The position numbers were made by a program, and so were the translations under genes. A stretch of DNA of 64,000 bases from an uncultured Acidobacteriota bacterium. Lineage in GTDB: Bacteria > Acidobacteriota > Vicinamibacteria > Vicinamibacterales > CAVPJW01. Numbering within the stretch: position 1 is the first letter of the stretch; the number at the start of each line of letters is the position of its first letter. The notes below the pieces were generated by a model. It was not told where the DNA came from. It did not search any database and saw only the letters and a list, made by a program, of their open reading frames with translations. The stretch spans positions 162,241 to 226,240 of the forward strand of contig CAWGYQ010000002.1 of assembly GCA_963826865.1 (NCBI GenBank), given 5' to 3'. This document shows positions 38,120 through 48,038 of this stretch, piece by piece.

Positions 38120-40314
38120 CGGTCTACGTCTCGCAGTGGCTCGAGCGTCACGATGGCGTTATAGACCGGCTCCTTGGATTCGGGATCGAGCGTGGGGCCC
38201 GGAATCAGAGACATGGCTTCCGGCCAGTGAACCTCGAGGTTGCCAGCCCTGATCGGCGCGAATTTGACGCGCCCATGAAACTCACCGGCGCTCGAGATCA
38301 GCTTCACCCATGTGGATTCGGCGAGGCCCAGCCGACGCGCGTCCGCTTCGCTCATGAGCACGGCGTCTCGTCCCGCGCCGGTGAGGGGGTCGACGTCGCG
38401 CTGCACCATCGAGTTGAATTGCTTTCCCCGACGTGTCGAGACGTGGAAGCTTCCCTCGGCGAGTGTGCGGTCGGCGGGGCGGACCGCCACGAAGTGCGCG
38501 CGACCGTCGGCGGTCGCGTATTGCCCATTCTCGAAGAGCAGCCGGCCACCCCACTGCACCTGATCGCCTTTGCGCTCGAGCGTATCGATGCCCGCATAGA
38601 GCGGCACGGCACGGGCAATTTCACGCCGAATTTCGCGCGCGGTTCGGAACCGCACCGCGTCGGCGGCTTCGGGCCGCACCAGCGCCATGACGTCGCCAAA
38701 CACCTGCCATTCGGGACGGGCCTCGCCGATGCGCCGTCCGGGAATCTCGGGCGAGAAGATGATGCGCCGCTCGGTCGAAGTTTCAGTGCCACCGCCTTCC
38801 GATTCGTAGCGGGTCGTGGCGGGCAGGATCAGCAGATCGTCGGACGGATCGACCAGCATCGATGAGGACAGCACGATGTCCTGGTGGATGCGAAGCCGCG
38901 GCCGGGCGAGCCCACGGCGGTTCATTTCCTCGTTGGGCAGGGTCTCGAGAAAGTTGCCGCCGACGATCCAGAAGACGTCGATGCCGCCTCGAGAGGATTC
39001 CTCGACCATCTCCGACGCAGCCAGGCCGTTCTCGGCGCTGACGGGAAATCCCCACACGGACGTCCAGTGCGCGGCAGTCGATCGGTCGAGGGATGGCGCG
39101 CAACCAACCTCGGCACCCCCCTGGACGCCTGAGTGGCCACGGATTGGCATGAGCCCGCGATTCGGCGTGCCGAGCAGGCCGCGGGCGAGACCGACGTTGA
39201 CGAGGGCGCGGATGGTGTCCACGCCGGTCGTATGCTGCGTCAGGCCCATCGACCAAACGAAGACGGTGTTGGGTTTCTGGCACAACAGATCGGCGAACGC
39301 CTCCATGCGATCGCGCCCGGTGCCGCTCGTACGCTCGAGAAGCGACCAGTCGGTGGCGCACGCCGCCGCGCTCGCGGCCTCGAAGCCGACGGTCTGTGCG
39401 GCGATGAACGGCCGATCGACTCCGCCGCGTTCGACGAGCGCCCGCAGGACCCCTACCAGAAACGCCTCATCACCACCGGTGTGCACGTCGAACCAGTGAT
39501 CCGCGAAGCGGGTGCCGAACATGGCGCTTGTCGGGATCGACGGCACCCAGTAGCGCGCCAGTCCCGGTTCGCGCACGGGATTGACCACCGCGATCTCGGC
39601 GCCGTTCCGCTTCGCGTAGTACATGTACTTCGTCGTGACGGGTTGATTGTTCGGCGTGTTCGACCCGAAGAAGACCAGCAGGTCGGCGCCGAGCCAGTCG
39701 GTGTAGCTGCACGTGGAGGCACCATGTCCGAGCATTTCCCTCATGGCCACGGTCGATGCCGCATGACAGAGCCGCGCTGAGTTGTCGATGTGCGGTGTGC
39801 CCAGAAACCTCGCAGCCTTCTGCGCCGCGTAGTACACCTCGTTGGTGATGCCGCGCGAGGTCAGATAGACGGCGACTCGCCGTGGCTCGGCCCTTCGGAG
39901 ATGCGATGCCGCCACGTGGAGGGCGTCATCCCAGGTGACGACCGAGAAGCCGCGCTCCCCTGCGCGTCGGCGCAGGGGATGCCCCAGCCGCCCCAGCTTT
40001 CTGAGCTCGGCCGACGAGAGGGCGCGAAGCGCGGCCACATCCACGAGTCGCCGTTCGTCGATCGCCGGCGCGGTATTGAGCTCCATGAGCTCGAGCCGCA
40101 CCATGCAGAGGTGGATGCCTGGAATCGTCCAGTCGGAGAGCCCCGACGTCCCGAGCGCGCATCCGTCACACACGCCGTCGCGAAGGATCCGCAGGGCGAA
40201 CCGCAGCTCATGCCGATTGGCCCAGGCCACACGCACCATCTCGCGGTAGTGTTGCGGCTTGGTATGGGTGATACCCGTGGGAATCCACGACACGCGGTGC
40301 GAACCGCGGGTCAC
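38092..40314 (-). CDS. molybdopterin oxidoreductase, YdeP/FdhF-like (formate-dehydrogenase-like alpha subunit), Cys type
   Basis: 740-aa ORF (GTG, 4-nt overlap with fdhD). N-terminus HTKPQHYREMVRVAWANRHEL and the Mo-ligand context NSARLCHAASTVAM (TGT at 39768-39766). Paired with fdhD. Confidence 0.8.
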   Translation of the reverse strand: MTRGSHRVSWIPTGITHTKPQHYREMVRVAWANRHELRFALRILRDGVCDGCALGTSGLSDWTIPGIHLCMVRLELMELNTAPAIDERRLVDVAALRALSSAELRKLGRLGHPLRRRAGERGFSVVTWDDALHVAASHLRRAEPRRVAVYLTSRGITNEVYYAAQKAARFLGTPHIDNSARLCHAASTVAMREMLGHGASTCSYTDWLGADLLVFFGSNTPNNQPVTTKYMYYAKRNGAEIAVVNPVREPGLARYWVPSIPTSAMFGTRFADHWFDVHTGGDEAFLVGVLRALVERGGVDRPFIAAQTVGFEAASAAACATDWSLLERTSGTGRDRMEAFADLLCQKPNTVFVWSMGLTQHTTGVDTIRALVNVGLARGLLGTPNRGLMPIRGHSGVQGGAEVGCAPSLDRSTAAHWTSVWGFPVSAENGLAASEMVEESSRGGIDVFWIVGGNFLETLPNEEMNRRGLARPRLRIHQDIVLSSSMLVDPSDDLLILPATTRYESEGGGTETSTERRIIFSPEIPGRRIGEARPEWQVFGDVMALVRPEAADAVRFRTAREIRREIARAVPLYAGIDTLERKGDQVQWGGRLLFENGQYATADGRAHFVAVRPADRTLAEGSFHVSTRRGKQFNSMVQRDVDPLTGAGRDAVLMSEADARRLGLAESTWVKLISSAGEFHGRVKFAPIRAGNLEVHWPEAMSLIPGPTLDPESKEPVYNAIVTLEPLRDVDRQDAAKRAW

Positions 40315-41141
40315 GACCGGGACCCTCCGACCCGATGACCGTGCGTGTAGATGTTGAACCGATCGTCTCGTACGAAGCCGACGAGCGTGATACCCGCCTC
40401 GCGCGCGAGATCCACCGCCAGCGATGAGGGCGCCGATACGGACGCGACGATTGAGATGCCGGCGACAAATGCCTTCTGCACGATCTCGAACGACGAGCGG
40501 CCGCTCACGAAGAGCACGGCGTCCGAGAGCGGCAGTCGGCCGTCGATCAGCATCCTTCCGACGACCTTGTCGACGGCGTTGTGACGGCCCACGTCCTCGG
40601 CGAGGCGCTCGAGACCGCCGTTCACGTCAAAGAGACCCGCCGCGTGCAACCCGCCGGTTTCGTGGAAGACCGTTTGCGACTGCCGCATCCGAACCGGCAT
40701 CTCGCCGAGACTCTCAATGGTCACGGTGCGCCCGGTGGACAGGGGCGCCAGCTCCAACTTGAGCGATTCGATCGTGCGTCGCCCGCAGAGCCCGCACGCC
40801 GAAGCGGTCGTCACCTGACGGCGATCGGCGAGGAGGGCCGGCAACCGACGCGCCGCGCGGTCCGTCAGCCGCACGTCGACGAGATTTCGTGCCTCCGAAG
40901 ACTCAGAGCGGCCGCAGTGCTCCATCGTGCCGATGTCGCTCGCGTCCGTCACGACGCGCTCGCTCAGCAGGAACCCGGCCACGAGATCGATGTCAGCGCC
41001 GGGTGTGCGCATGATGACGGCGAAGGGCTCGCCCCCGAGGGTGACCTGAAGGGGTTCTTCGACGGCCGCCAGATCCCGGCTGCGAGACCACTTCGTCCCC
41101 TCGACGCGCAGGAGCTCGACGGAGCGGAAGGATTCGGGCAC
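40311..41141 (-). CDS. fdhD: formate dehydrogenase accessory sulfurtransferase FdhD
   Basis: 276-aa ORF. Catalytic loop TTASACGLCGRRTIESL, and ...HNAVDKVVGRMLIDG.... Confidence 0.88.
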   Translation of the reverse strand: MPESFRSVELLRVEGTKWSRSRDLAAVEEPLQVTLGGEPFAVIMRTPGADIDLVAGFLLSERVVTDASDIGTMEHCGRSESSEARNLVDVRLTDRAARRLPALLADRRQVTTASACGLCGRRTIESLKLELAPLSTGRTVTIESLGEMPVRMRQSQTVFHETGGLHAAGLFDVNGGLERLAEDVGRHNAVDKVVGRMLIDGRLPLSDAVLFVSGRSSFEIVQKAFVAGISIVASVSAPSSLAVDLAREAGITLVGFVRDDRFNIYTHGHRVGGSRS

Positions 41142-41196
41142 CTGCCGGGTATCTTACGACGCCGGCACCTCGAGCCGCTCTCAGGTTGCGACGTGC

Positions 41197-42531
41197 TTGA
41201 TAGACCGATCGCGGCGCGAGCGGTGCGCGATCCGATGGCAGACGGCGTCGAACCCGGCTATCCTGAGGCCGGTGTTGATCGCCACGTATCTCACGATTCT
41301 CGGCGCCATCTTTCTCGTGTGGCTGCTGCTCGTGGTCATCTTCACGCCGGGCATCGACTACGAAGTCAGCGGCCAGGTCGATATCGAGCACCCCGACTTC
41401 GTCCGGCTCCTGCAATCCACCTGTCAGGCTGCGGTTCACGAGGGCAACCGCGTGGACATCCTGACCAATAGCGTGGCGTTCTACCCGGCGATGCTGGCCG
41501 CCATTCGCGCCGCCGAGACATCGGTGAATGTCGAGTGCTACATCTTCGAGCCAGGCGGCATCGGCGACGAGTTCGTCGACGCGCTGGCGGAGCGCGCGAA
41601 GGCCGGAGTCCGCGTGATGATTGTCGTGGACGCCATCGGCAGCTCCCGGCTGCGAGGTCCCGGCCTCTCGCGGCTGCTGGACGCCGGCTGCTCCGTTGAG
41701 CGCTATCAGCGCGTGACCTGGTACAGGCTGCATCGGCTCAACAACCGGACGCACCGCGAGCTCTTCATCGTCGATGGACGCGTGGCGTTTGTCGGCGGTG
41801 CGGGCATTGCAGACTGGTGGGCGCCCGGCGACGGCGCCCGCCCCTGGCGCGACACCATGGCACGTGTGGAGGGGCCGGTCGTCGCCGCTCTTCAAGGTGT
41901 GTTTGCCGAGAACTGGCTCGAGTGCTGCGGCCAGATCCTGACCGGGCCCGGACAGTTTCCGGAGCTGGCGGCTGAGGGCGAGACGACAGCGCTCGTCGTG
42001 AAGAGCTCGCCGGCCGATCGCGCGACTGCGTCGCGCGTGGCCTTTCAATTGCTCATCGAAGGCGCGCGCCGCGAGGTGCGCATCGCAACACCGTACTTCC
42101 TGCCCGACCGGGCGTTCCGCCGATGCCTCCTCCATGCACGGGCCCGAGGAGTGTCCATCGACGTGCTGGTGCCCGGCCCGAAGACCGATCAGCGCTTGGT
42201 GCGGCTCGCCAGCCGTCGTTTGTACGGCGAGCTGCTCGAAGCCGGCGTCCGGATCTTCGAGTACGAGCCGGTGATGCTTCATGCCAAGGTCATGGTCGTC
42301 GACGGAATGTGGAGCGTCATCGGGACCACGAACGTCGACAACCGATCGTTCGAGCACAACGACGAAGTGAATCTCGCCTCTCGCGACGGGCGGATCGCGT
42401 CACGACTGCTCGAAGACTTCGACCGCGACCTCACCGAATGCCGGGAAGTGACGCTCGACGCGTGGCGCGGGCGCCCGCTGCTCGAACAGCTGACCGGGCC
42501 TTTCGCCTGGGTGCTCGAGCGACAGCAGTAG
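41197..42531 (+). CDS. cls: cardiolipin synthase / phospholipase D family protein
   Basis: N-terminal TM segment (ILGAIFLVWLLLVVIF) and two PLD repeats. The second HKD is canonical (HAKVMVVDGMWSVIGTTNVDNRS). The first reads HRELFIVDG. The TTG start in the track is uncertain; GTG 41272 is an alternative. Confidence 0.8.
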   Translation: MIDRSRRERCAIRWQTASNPAILRPVLIATYLTILGAIFLVWLLLVVIFTPGIDYEVSGQVDIEHPDFVRLLQSTCQAAVHEGNRVDILTNSVAFYPAMLAAIRAAETSVNVECYIFEPGGIGDEFVDALAERAKAGVRVMIVVDAIGSSRLRGPGLSRLLDAGCSVERYQRVTWYRLHRLNNRTHRELFIVDGRVAFVGGAGIADWWAPGDGARPWRDTMARVEGPVVAALQGVFAENWLECCGQILTGPGQFPELAAEGETTALVVKSSPADRATASRVAFQLLIEGARREVRIATPYFLPDRAFRRCLLHARARGVSIDVLVPGPKTDQRLVRLASRRLYGELLEAGVRIFEYEPVMLHAKVMVVDGMWSVIGTTNVDNRSFEHNDEVNLASRDGRIASRLLEDFDRDLTECREVTLDAWRGRPLLEQLTGPFAWVLERQQ

Positions 42532-42556
42532 TCGGCGCCGTTCCCCTACCGCGCAA

Positions 42557-43558
42557 TCATCGACCGCCGAAGAACGAGGGCAGCTCCAGCGTGCGCATCG
42601 TCCGCAGGCCCGGTGCGGCTTTGATGATCTTCGGAATGGAATTGACGACGATGGATGCCGTGGCGATGTCGCCGTGGATGCCGCCGTCGATCCGCATGGC
42701 CAGCCGCGGCGACCCCTCGATGGTCACGGCGTCGTAGGACTCCGGCGCGCCGAGATAGGCTTCCATGTGGAGCCTGATGAGTGGCTCCGATCCCCGGTAG
42801 CCCACACCATCCTGGATGATGCCCGAGACGTCGCCGGTGTCGACGGTGAGGAATTCGCTCGAGATCCTCTCTTCGGCGATCTTCGGCCCGATCTCGTCGG
42901 TGATGCGACTGAGTTTCCAACCCAGGCCGTCCGCGATCATCGAGATCGACTCGGTGAGACCCACGTGCCGCACGGTTCCGGCATCGACCCTCTTTTGAAA
43001 TTCGCGGGGTGTGAGCCCCGCGCCGATCTTCTGCTGGAACGGCAGACGGCGGATCCGCGCGTCCTGGACGCGGTCGACCCTGATGGAATCGACGCGTTCC
43101 GAAACCCCGGTCAACATGAGCGGCAGCGCATCCATCGCAAATCCGGGATTGACCCCCGTACCGAGCACAGCAACTTTGGCCCTTTTTGCCAGCGCGTCGA
43201 TGCGGGCCGCCAGCCGACGTCTGCTCCGGTAGGGGTACGACAACTCCTCGGTGGTCGACACGATGGGAACCCGCGCGCGGAGGATCGTCTCGATGGCTGG
43301 CATCACTTTCACCAGTGATGACGACGTGCACAGCACAGCGACGTCCGGCCTGGACGACTCGAGCGCGCGTGCCGCATCCGCCGACACCTTCACCCGAAGC
43401 CGGCGGCCGAGCCCGACCACGTCGCCGAGATCGCGGCCCGCCTTGTCGGGATCGATGTCGACGGCACCGACTATCTGGAAACCCTTGCGAGACGCGATCT
43501 GCTGAACGATGCCTGCCCCGATCGGTCCGAGGCCGAAATGTATGACTCGAATCGGCAT
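42557..43558 (-). CDS. NAD(P)-binding dehydrogenase, dihydrodipicolinate-reductase-like (amine dehydrogenase / 2,4-diaminopentanoate dehydrogenase-like family)
   Basis: 333 aa from ATG 43558. Rossmann motif IRVIHFGLGPIGAGIVQQI. The family assignment rests on overall resemblance only. Confidence 0.55.
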   Translation of the reverse strand: MPIRVIHFGLGPIGAGIVQQIASRKGFQIVGAVDIDPDKAGRDLGDVVGLGRRLRVKVSADAARALESSRPDVAVLCTSSSLVKVMPAIETILRARVPIVSTTEELSYPYRSRRRLAARIDALAKRAKVAVLGTGVNPGFAMDALPLMLTGVSERVDSIRVDRVQDARIRRLPFQQKIGAGLTPREFQKRVDAGTVRHVGLTESISMIADGLGWKLSRITDEIGPKIAEERISSEFLTVDTGDVSGIIQDGVGYRGSEPLIRLHMEAYLGAPESYDAVTIEGSPRLAMRIDGGIHGDIATASIVVNSIPKIIKAAPGLRTMRTLELPSFFGGR

Positions 43559-43612
43559 GAACACCCCTCGAGAACCACGCGTTGGACGCGCCACGCTGAC
43601 GACAGCCACGAG

Positions 43613-43618
43613 ATTATA
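43613..43618 (-). promoter_or_regulatory. perfect TATAAT -10 hexamer (minus strand) upstream of the DapB-like gene
   Basis: Plus-strand ATTATA at 43613-43618, which is TATAAT on the minus strand, 55 nt upstream of ATG 43558. Preceded by TTG. No convincing -35. Confidence 0.25.
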
Positions 43619-43655
43619 CAAGTCGCTGTGCTAGGCTTCGCCCGGTCTTTCGGTT

Positions 43656-45209
43656 GTGCAGACTCTCACGTCGAACATCTCGAGGGTGCTGGCGCTCGCG
43701 GTCCTGGCCATCGCGGTCTGGCCCATGCTCCGGCTCCTTAACATCAGCGGATTCCGGCAGAAGTTGCGCGCGTTCCCGCTGGCCGCCTATGGCCTCGCAG
43801 CATCACTTGTGGCCTATACCGGCGTGGCCATCACACTCGCGATTCATTCGCCTCGGGTGCTGACCGGCGTGGCGGCGATGGCAGCGGTAGGGATCGCCTA
43901 CGAGCGCTGGCGCGCCAGGCCCTCGTACGGGCACGCGCGGGGCCTTCCTCCGGGCAGCATCGGGATCGCGACGCCCGATCCGTGGCAGCGGCGAGGCTTC
44001 TACGCGCAGGAGGCGGCGCGATGGGGTCCGGTCTTCAAGACCTGCTATCTCATGCAGCCTGTGGTGTGCATCGTCGGGTTGCGGCTGGGGAGCGAAGTGC
44101 TGCGGCGCCACGACGATGCGCTTTTTGCGCCATCGATGCCCTACAACCGGTTCGTCCCGCAAGGGTTTCTGCGTTACATGAACCCGGAGGCGCGCCGGGC
44201 GTACGCGCCGCTGTTTCGCGCGGCCTTCACGACTCAGGTCGTGGACGATGCACGAGATGATGTCGAAGCGATCGTTCGCCAGCGTGTGGAACGCATGGCC
44301 GCCGATTCCGCGGGAGGCACAGAAGAAGGACTGCAACCAGCTGACGCAATCAAGTCGATGGTGTTTGCAGCGTTCGCCCGCGTTGTCTTCGGCATCGATC
44401 GCGATGCGCCCGTTCTGCCACGACTCGAACACCTGATCTCCGTGATCGATTACGAGCGCGCCTGGCGAACGCCGCCGGCCCGTGTTCGCCGGGCGCTCGC
44501 CGAGATTGCCCGCATCCTGGACGAACAGGTCGGCCACCTTCGACGCGAGTCGGACAGCGGGAGTGTTCGCGCGTCGATTCTGTCCAAGTTGGTCGAATCG
44601 GCTCCTGAGTCGATGACCAACCCCACCATCACCTACAACCTCGCCTATATCCTGATGAACGGGACGCGCGACGTGGCATCGCTCGTCAACTGGCTCGTCA
44701 AGATGCTCTGCGATCACCAGGCCTGGTGGGTGCGCGTGCGCGCAGCGACCGTCTCGGCAGACCTCGACCAGGATTTGCCGGGGCGCATCGTGCGTGAAAC
44801 GCTGCGCCTGGCGCAAAGTGAGTATCTGCTTCGCGGCGTCAAGGCCGACATCCACGTGAACGGCTACCTGATTCCGAAGGGCTGGCAGGTGAGGATCTGC
44901 GTCCAGGAGAGCCATCGACTGGCGGACGCCTTCCGGGATCCTGACCGTTTCGATCCGGATCGTTCGCTCAGCCAGTCGTATGCGCGCCCCGAGTACTCAC
45001 CTTTTGGCGCGTCGCGGATTACGTGCCTCGGCGACCACCTGACCCTCACCCTGGGCCGCGCGTTCGTCACCGAGCTGGCTCGGGGATTCGACCTGTCGCT
45101 CGTGTCGGAAGGACCGCTTGAACTCGACGTATTCCACTGGCGACCCAGCTCGCGACTCCGCGTTCGCCTGACGCCGGGCGGACCGTCCCGTGCTGGAGCG
45201 TCGGCCTAG
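43656..45209 (+). CDS. cytochrome P450 with N-terminal membrane anchor region
   Basis: 517-aa ORF (GTG). EXXR motif (VRETLRL) and the heme-thiolate loop PFGASRITCLGDHL at 45003-45032. The first 95 aa or so carry about three hydrophobic segments. Confidence 0.8.
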   Translation: MQTLTSNISRVLALAVLAIAVWPMLRLLNISGFRQKLRAFPLAAYGLAASLVAYTGVAITLAIHSPRVLTGVAAMAAVGIAYERWRARPSYGHARGLPPGSIGIATPDPWQRRGFYAQEAARWGPVFKTCYLMQPVVCIVGLRLGSEVLRRHDDALFAPSMPYNRFVPQGFLRYMNPEARRAYAPLFRAAFTTQVVDDARDDVEAIVRQRVERMAADSAGGTEEGLQPADAIKSMVFAAFARVVFGIDRDAPVLPRLEHLISVIDYERAWRTPPARVRRALAEIARILDEQVGHLRRESDSGSVRASILSKLVESAPESMTNPTITYNLAYILMNGTRDVASLVNWLVKMLCDHQAWWVRVRAATVSADLDQDLPGRIVRETLRLAQSEYLLRGVKADIHVNGYLIPKGWQVRICVQESHRLADAFRDPDRFDPDRSLSQSYARPEYSPFGASRITCLGDHLTLTLGRAFVTELARGFDLSLVSEGPLELDVFHWRPSSRLRVRLTPGGPSRAGASA

Positions 45210-45213
45210 CCGC

Positions 45214-45774
45214 TCACTCTTTCGCGGGAAACCCGGCGGCGAACCGTTCCTTGTTCCGTTCGTTGAACCGGGCCGACTCGCCGCGCGGGATGCTCAGCGT
45301 CTGCCAAGTGCCCGCCGCCAGATGCCTGGCGAGAAAAACGATCTGGCCGACGTGATACGCCGCGTGCGTCATCGACCGGTCGATGGCCTGCAGCACCGAA
45401 TGCGGCTCCGAGCGGATCAGCACGCTCTGATCGAGGTGTGGGGGCGTCAACGTCTCCAGCGTCGCGATGAGAATGCGCCAACCCTCGTCCCAGACGGCCA
45501 CGACGACGCCACGCGACATGCCAGTGACCACGAACTCCGAGTCGCGATCGCGATCGGGCTTCTCGCCGTCGGTGGTCAGGAAGTCGGTCCAGCGCGATCG
45601 CAGATTGCCGCCCATGTGCTTGAAGATCACGGCCAGGCTGTTGGACTCGGGATCGATCGTCAGGAAGAACGCCTCGTCCGAAACTTGAGCCGCGGCCCGG
45701 TCGGCGAGCTTCTTGAGTCCCTTGAAGCTTCTGACGACGTCCGCGAGATAGAGCTCGCCAATCTCGGTAGCCAT
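45214..45774 (-). CDS. DinB-superfamily protein (DUF1572-like)
   Basis: 186 aa from ATG 45774 (GAGGAGGG upstream). Motifs ...VIFKHMGGNLRSRWTDFLTTDGEKPDRDRDSEF... and HAAYHVGQIVFLARHL. Confidence 0.65.
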   Translation of the reverse strand: MATEIGELYLADVVRSFKGLKKLADRAAAQVSDEAFFLTIDPESNSLAVIFKHMGGNLRSRWTDFLTTDGEKPDRDRDSEFVVTGMSRGVVVAVWDEGWRILIATLETLTPPHLDQSVLIRSEPHSVLQAIDRSMTHAAYHVGQIVFLARHLAAGTWQTLSIPRGESARFNERNKERFAAGFPAKE

Positions 45775-45865
45775 ACGCCCTCCTCGCACGATCATACTCG
45801 GGCAGAGTGAGCCCGCGGCGTCGGGGCGGTCGGACTGGTGATACGATCCAGCCGAGGGAGGATGC

Positions 45866-47970
45866 ATGCGCCGACTCGTGGGGCTCACCAGCCTGGGCGT
45901 GGTCCTGGCGAGCGCATCGATGCTGCCAGGCCGTGCCGCTGTCCAGGCGCAGCCGCCCGCTCCTTCCGCGCTTCAAGCACCCTCTGAAACCGATCCCGCT
46001 CCGGCGACAGCACCGCAACCGCTGGACGCGCGATCCCCGCGGAACGCGAATTACTCGATCGACGTTCGCCTCGATCCCGAGACCCGCACGCTGACCGGCC
46101 GCGAGGTGATCACGTGGCGGAACATCACGACACGCGCCACGTCGGAGTTGCAGTTCCATCTCTATTACAACGCGTGGAAGAACACGAGCTCCACGTGGAT
46201 GCGTGAGCGTCTGATGTCCGGAGGTCGCAGCGAGCTGGCGCGGCGGCCGGCGGAGGACTGGGCCTGGACCGAGGTGTCCGCCGTCCGGTTGCTCAGCGAC
46301 AACGCGGCGCCGTTCATCGACCTCACATCGGGCAAGCGCTACAGCGCGCCCGATGACGGGAATCCGCTGGATCAGACGGTGATGGTGGTGCCGCTGCCGA
46401 AGGCCGTCCAGCCAGGCCAGACGATTCGTGTGGAAGTGGCATGGACGACCAAGATTCCGCGCCCGTTCGCTCGAACCGGCGTGATCGGCGACTACTACTT
46501 CATCGTGCAGTGGTTTCCCAAGCTCGGCGTCCTCGAGGAAAAGGGCTGGAACTGTCATCAGTTTCACGCGTCGACCGAGTTCTTTTCCGACTTCGGGGTC
46601 TATGACGTGCGGATGACGGTGCCGAACGGCTGGATGGTCGGCGCAACCGGCACCGAGCGCCGCCGAACCGACAACCCCGATGGCACCACGACGCACGAGT
46701 ACAGCGAAGCGGATGTGCACGACTTCGCCTGGACGACGAGCCCCCACTATCTGGAACGGCGCGCGCGGTTCGAGCACCCAACGCTGCCCGCCGTCGACAT
46801 GCGGCTGTTGTTCCAGCGTGAGCACCTGGGACAGGAAGATCGCCACTTCGAGGCGACACGGGCCGCCTTGCGCTATTACGGCGAGTGGTTCGGCGCGTAT
46901 CCCTACGGTCATGTCACCGTGGTCGATCCCGCTTATCAGAGCGGCGCCGGGGGCATGGATACCCGACGCTCTTCACGGCAGGCACGCGGTGGCTGGCGCC
47001 GAGCAGGGTGACGCAGCCAGAAAGCGTCACCATCCACGAGGCCGGCCATCAGTTCTGGTATGGCATCGTCGCCAACAACGAGTTCGAGCACGCGTGGCTG
47101 GACGAGGGGCTGAACACCTTTTCGACCGCCCGGGTCATTCAGCAGGCGTACGAGCCGAATTTCATGGTGAGGCGCTACTTTGGAGGATTCATCCCCTACG
47201 TGTTCCGGGACATTCCTGTCTCGCGTGCGACGGACAACAACCGGCTGACCGGCTTCAGGCCGTCGGCCGAAGCCGATGCCCAGCTCACACCGACTTATCG
47301 GTACTGGGCGGACACGGCCGGCGACATCACCTACAACAAGACGGCGCTGTGGCTCAACACGCTGGAGAACATGCTCGGCTGGCCGACGCTTCAGCGCATC
47401 CTGTCCACCTTCTTCGTACGCTGGCAGTTCCGTCACCCCGAGCCCGAGGATTTTTTCAGCGTGGCCAACGACATCAGCGGCCAGGATCTGACGTGGTTCT
47501 TCGATCAGGTGTACCGGAGCTCGAACGTGTTCGACTACGCCATCGAGGAACTCGAAAGCGAATCGGCCTCTGGCGTGGGGCTCTTCGATCGGGACGGCGA
47601 ACGCCGGTATCAGGGCGCCGGCGGCACGCCATCGATGTTTCGCACCCGCGTGGTAGTTCGGCGGCACGGTGAGGCGGTCTTTCCCGTGGACGTCCTGGTC
47701 GTGTTTCAGAACGGCGAGCGGGTGCGTGAGCGCTGGAACGGCCGTGACCGCTGGACGATGTTCAACTACGAGCGAGCCAGCCGGGCCGCGTACGCGCAAG
47801 TCGATCCCGATCGCACGCTGCTCCTCGACATCAATTACACGAACAACAGCCTGTACGCTCACGCCACGCACCGCGCAGGCCACGAACAAGTGGATGTTGA
47901 AATGGCTGATCTGGATGCAGGATTGTCTGATGACCTACGCGTTCTTCGTGTAGGGGCACGCCAGGCGTAG
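45866..47970 (+). pseudogene. secreted M1-family zinc metallopeptidase (about 701 aa), frame broken by a 1-nt deletion at 46958-46962
   Basis: Signal peptide MRRLVGLTSLGVVLASASMLPGRAAVQA. The upstream ORF ends in ...VDPAYQSGAGGM. The downstream frame continues (E)YPTLFTAGTRWLAP...TIHEAGHQFWYGIVANNEFEHAWLDEGLNTF (HExxH + E). The span is 2105 nt, i.e. 702 codons minus 1. Confidence 0.85.
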
Positions 47971-48038
47971 TTCGCGCGCCTGCTCTCGAGCGGCTGGCGG
48001 CTGCCGGCCAGCAGCCTCGGTCCACCAGGAGACCACGA

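Noticed and set aside
39766-39768. Possibility that the YdeP/FdhF-like molybdoenzyme is a selenoprotein, given selA in the window
   Set aside because: The Mo-ligand position is a TGT Cys codon (context NSARLCHAAST), and the 740-aa ORF has no in-frame TGA.
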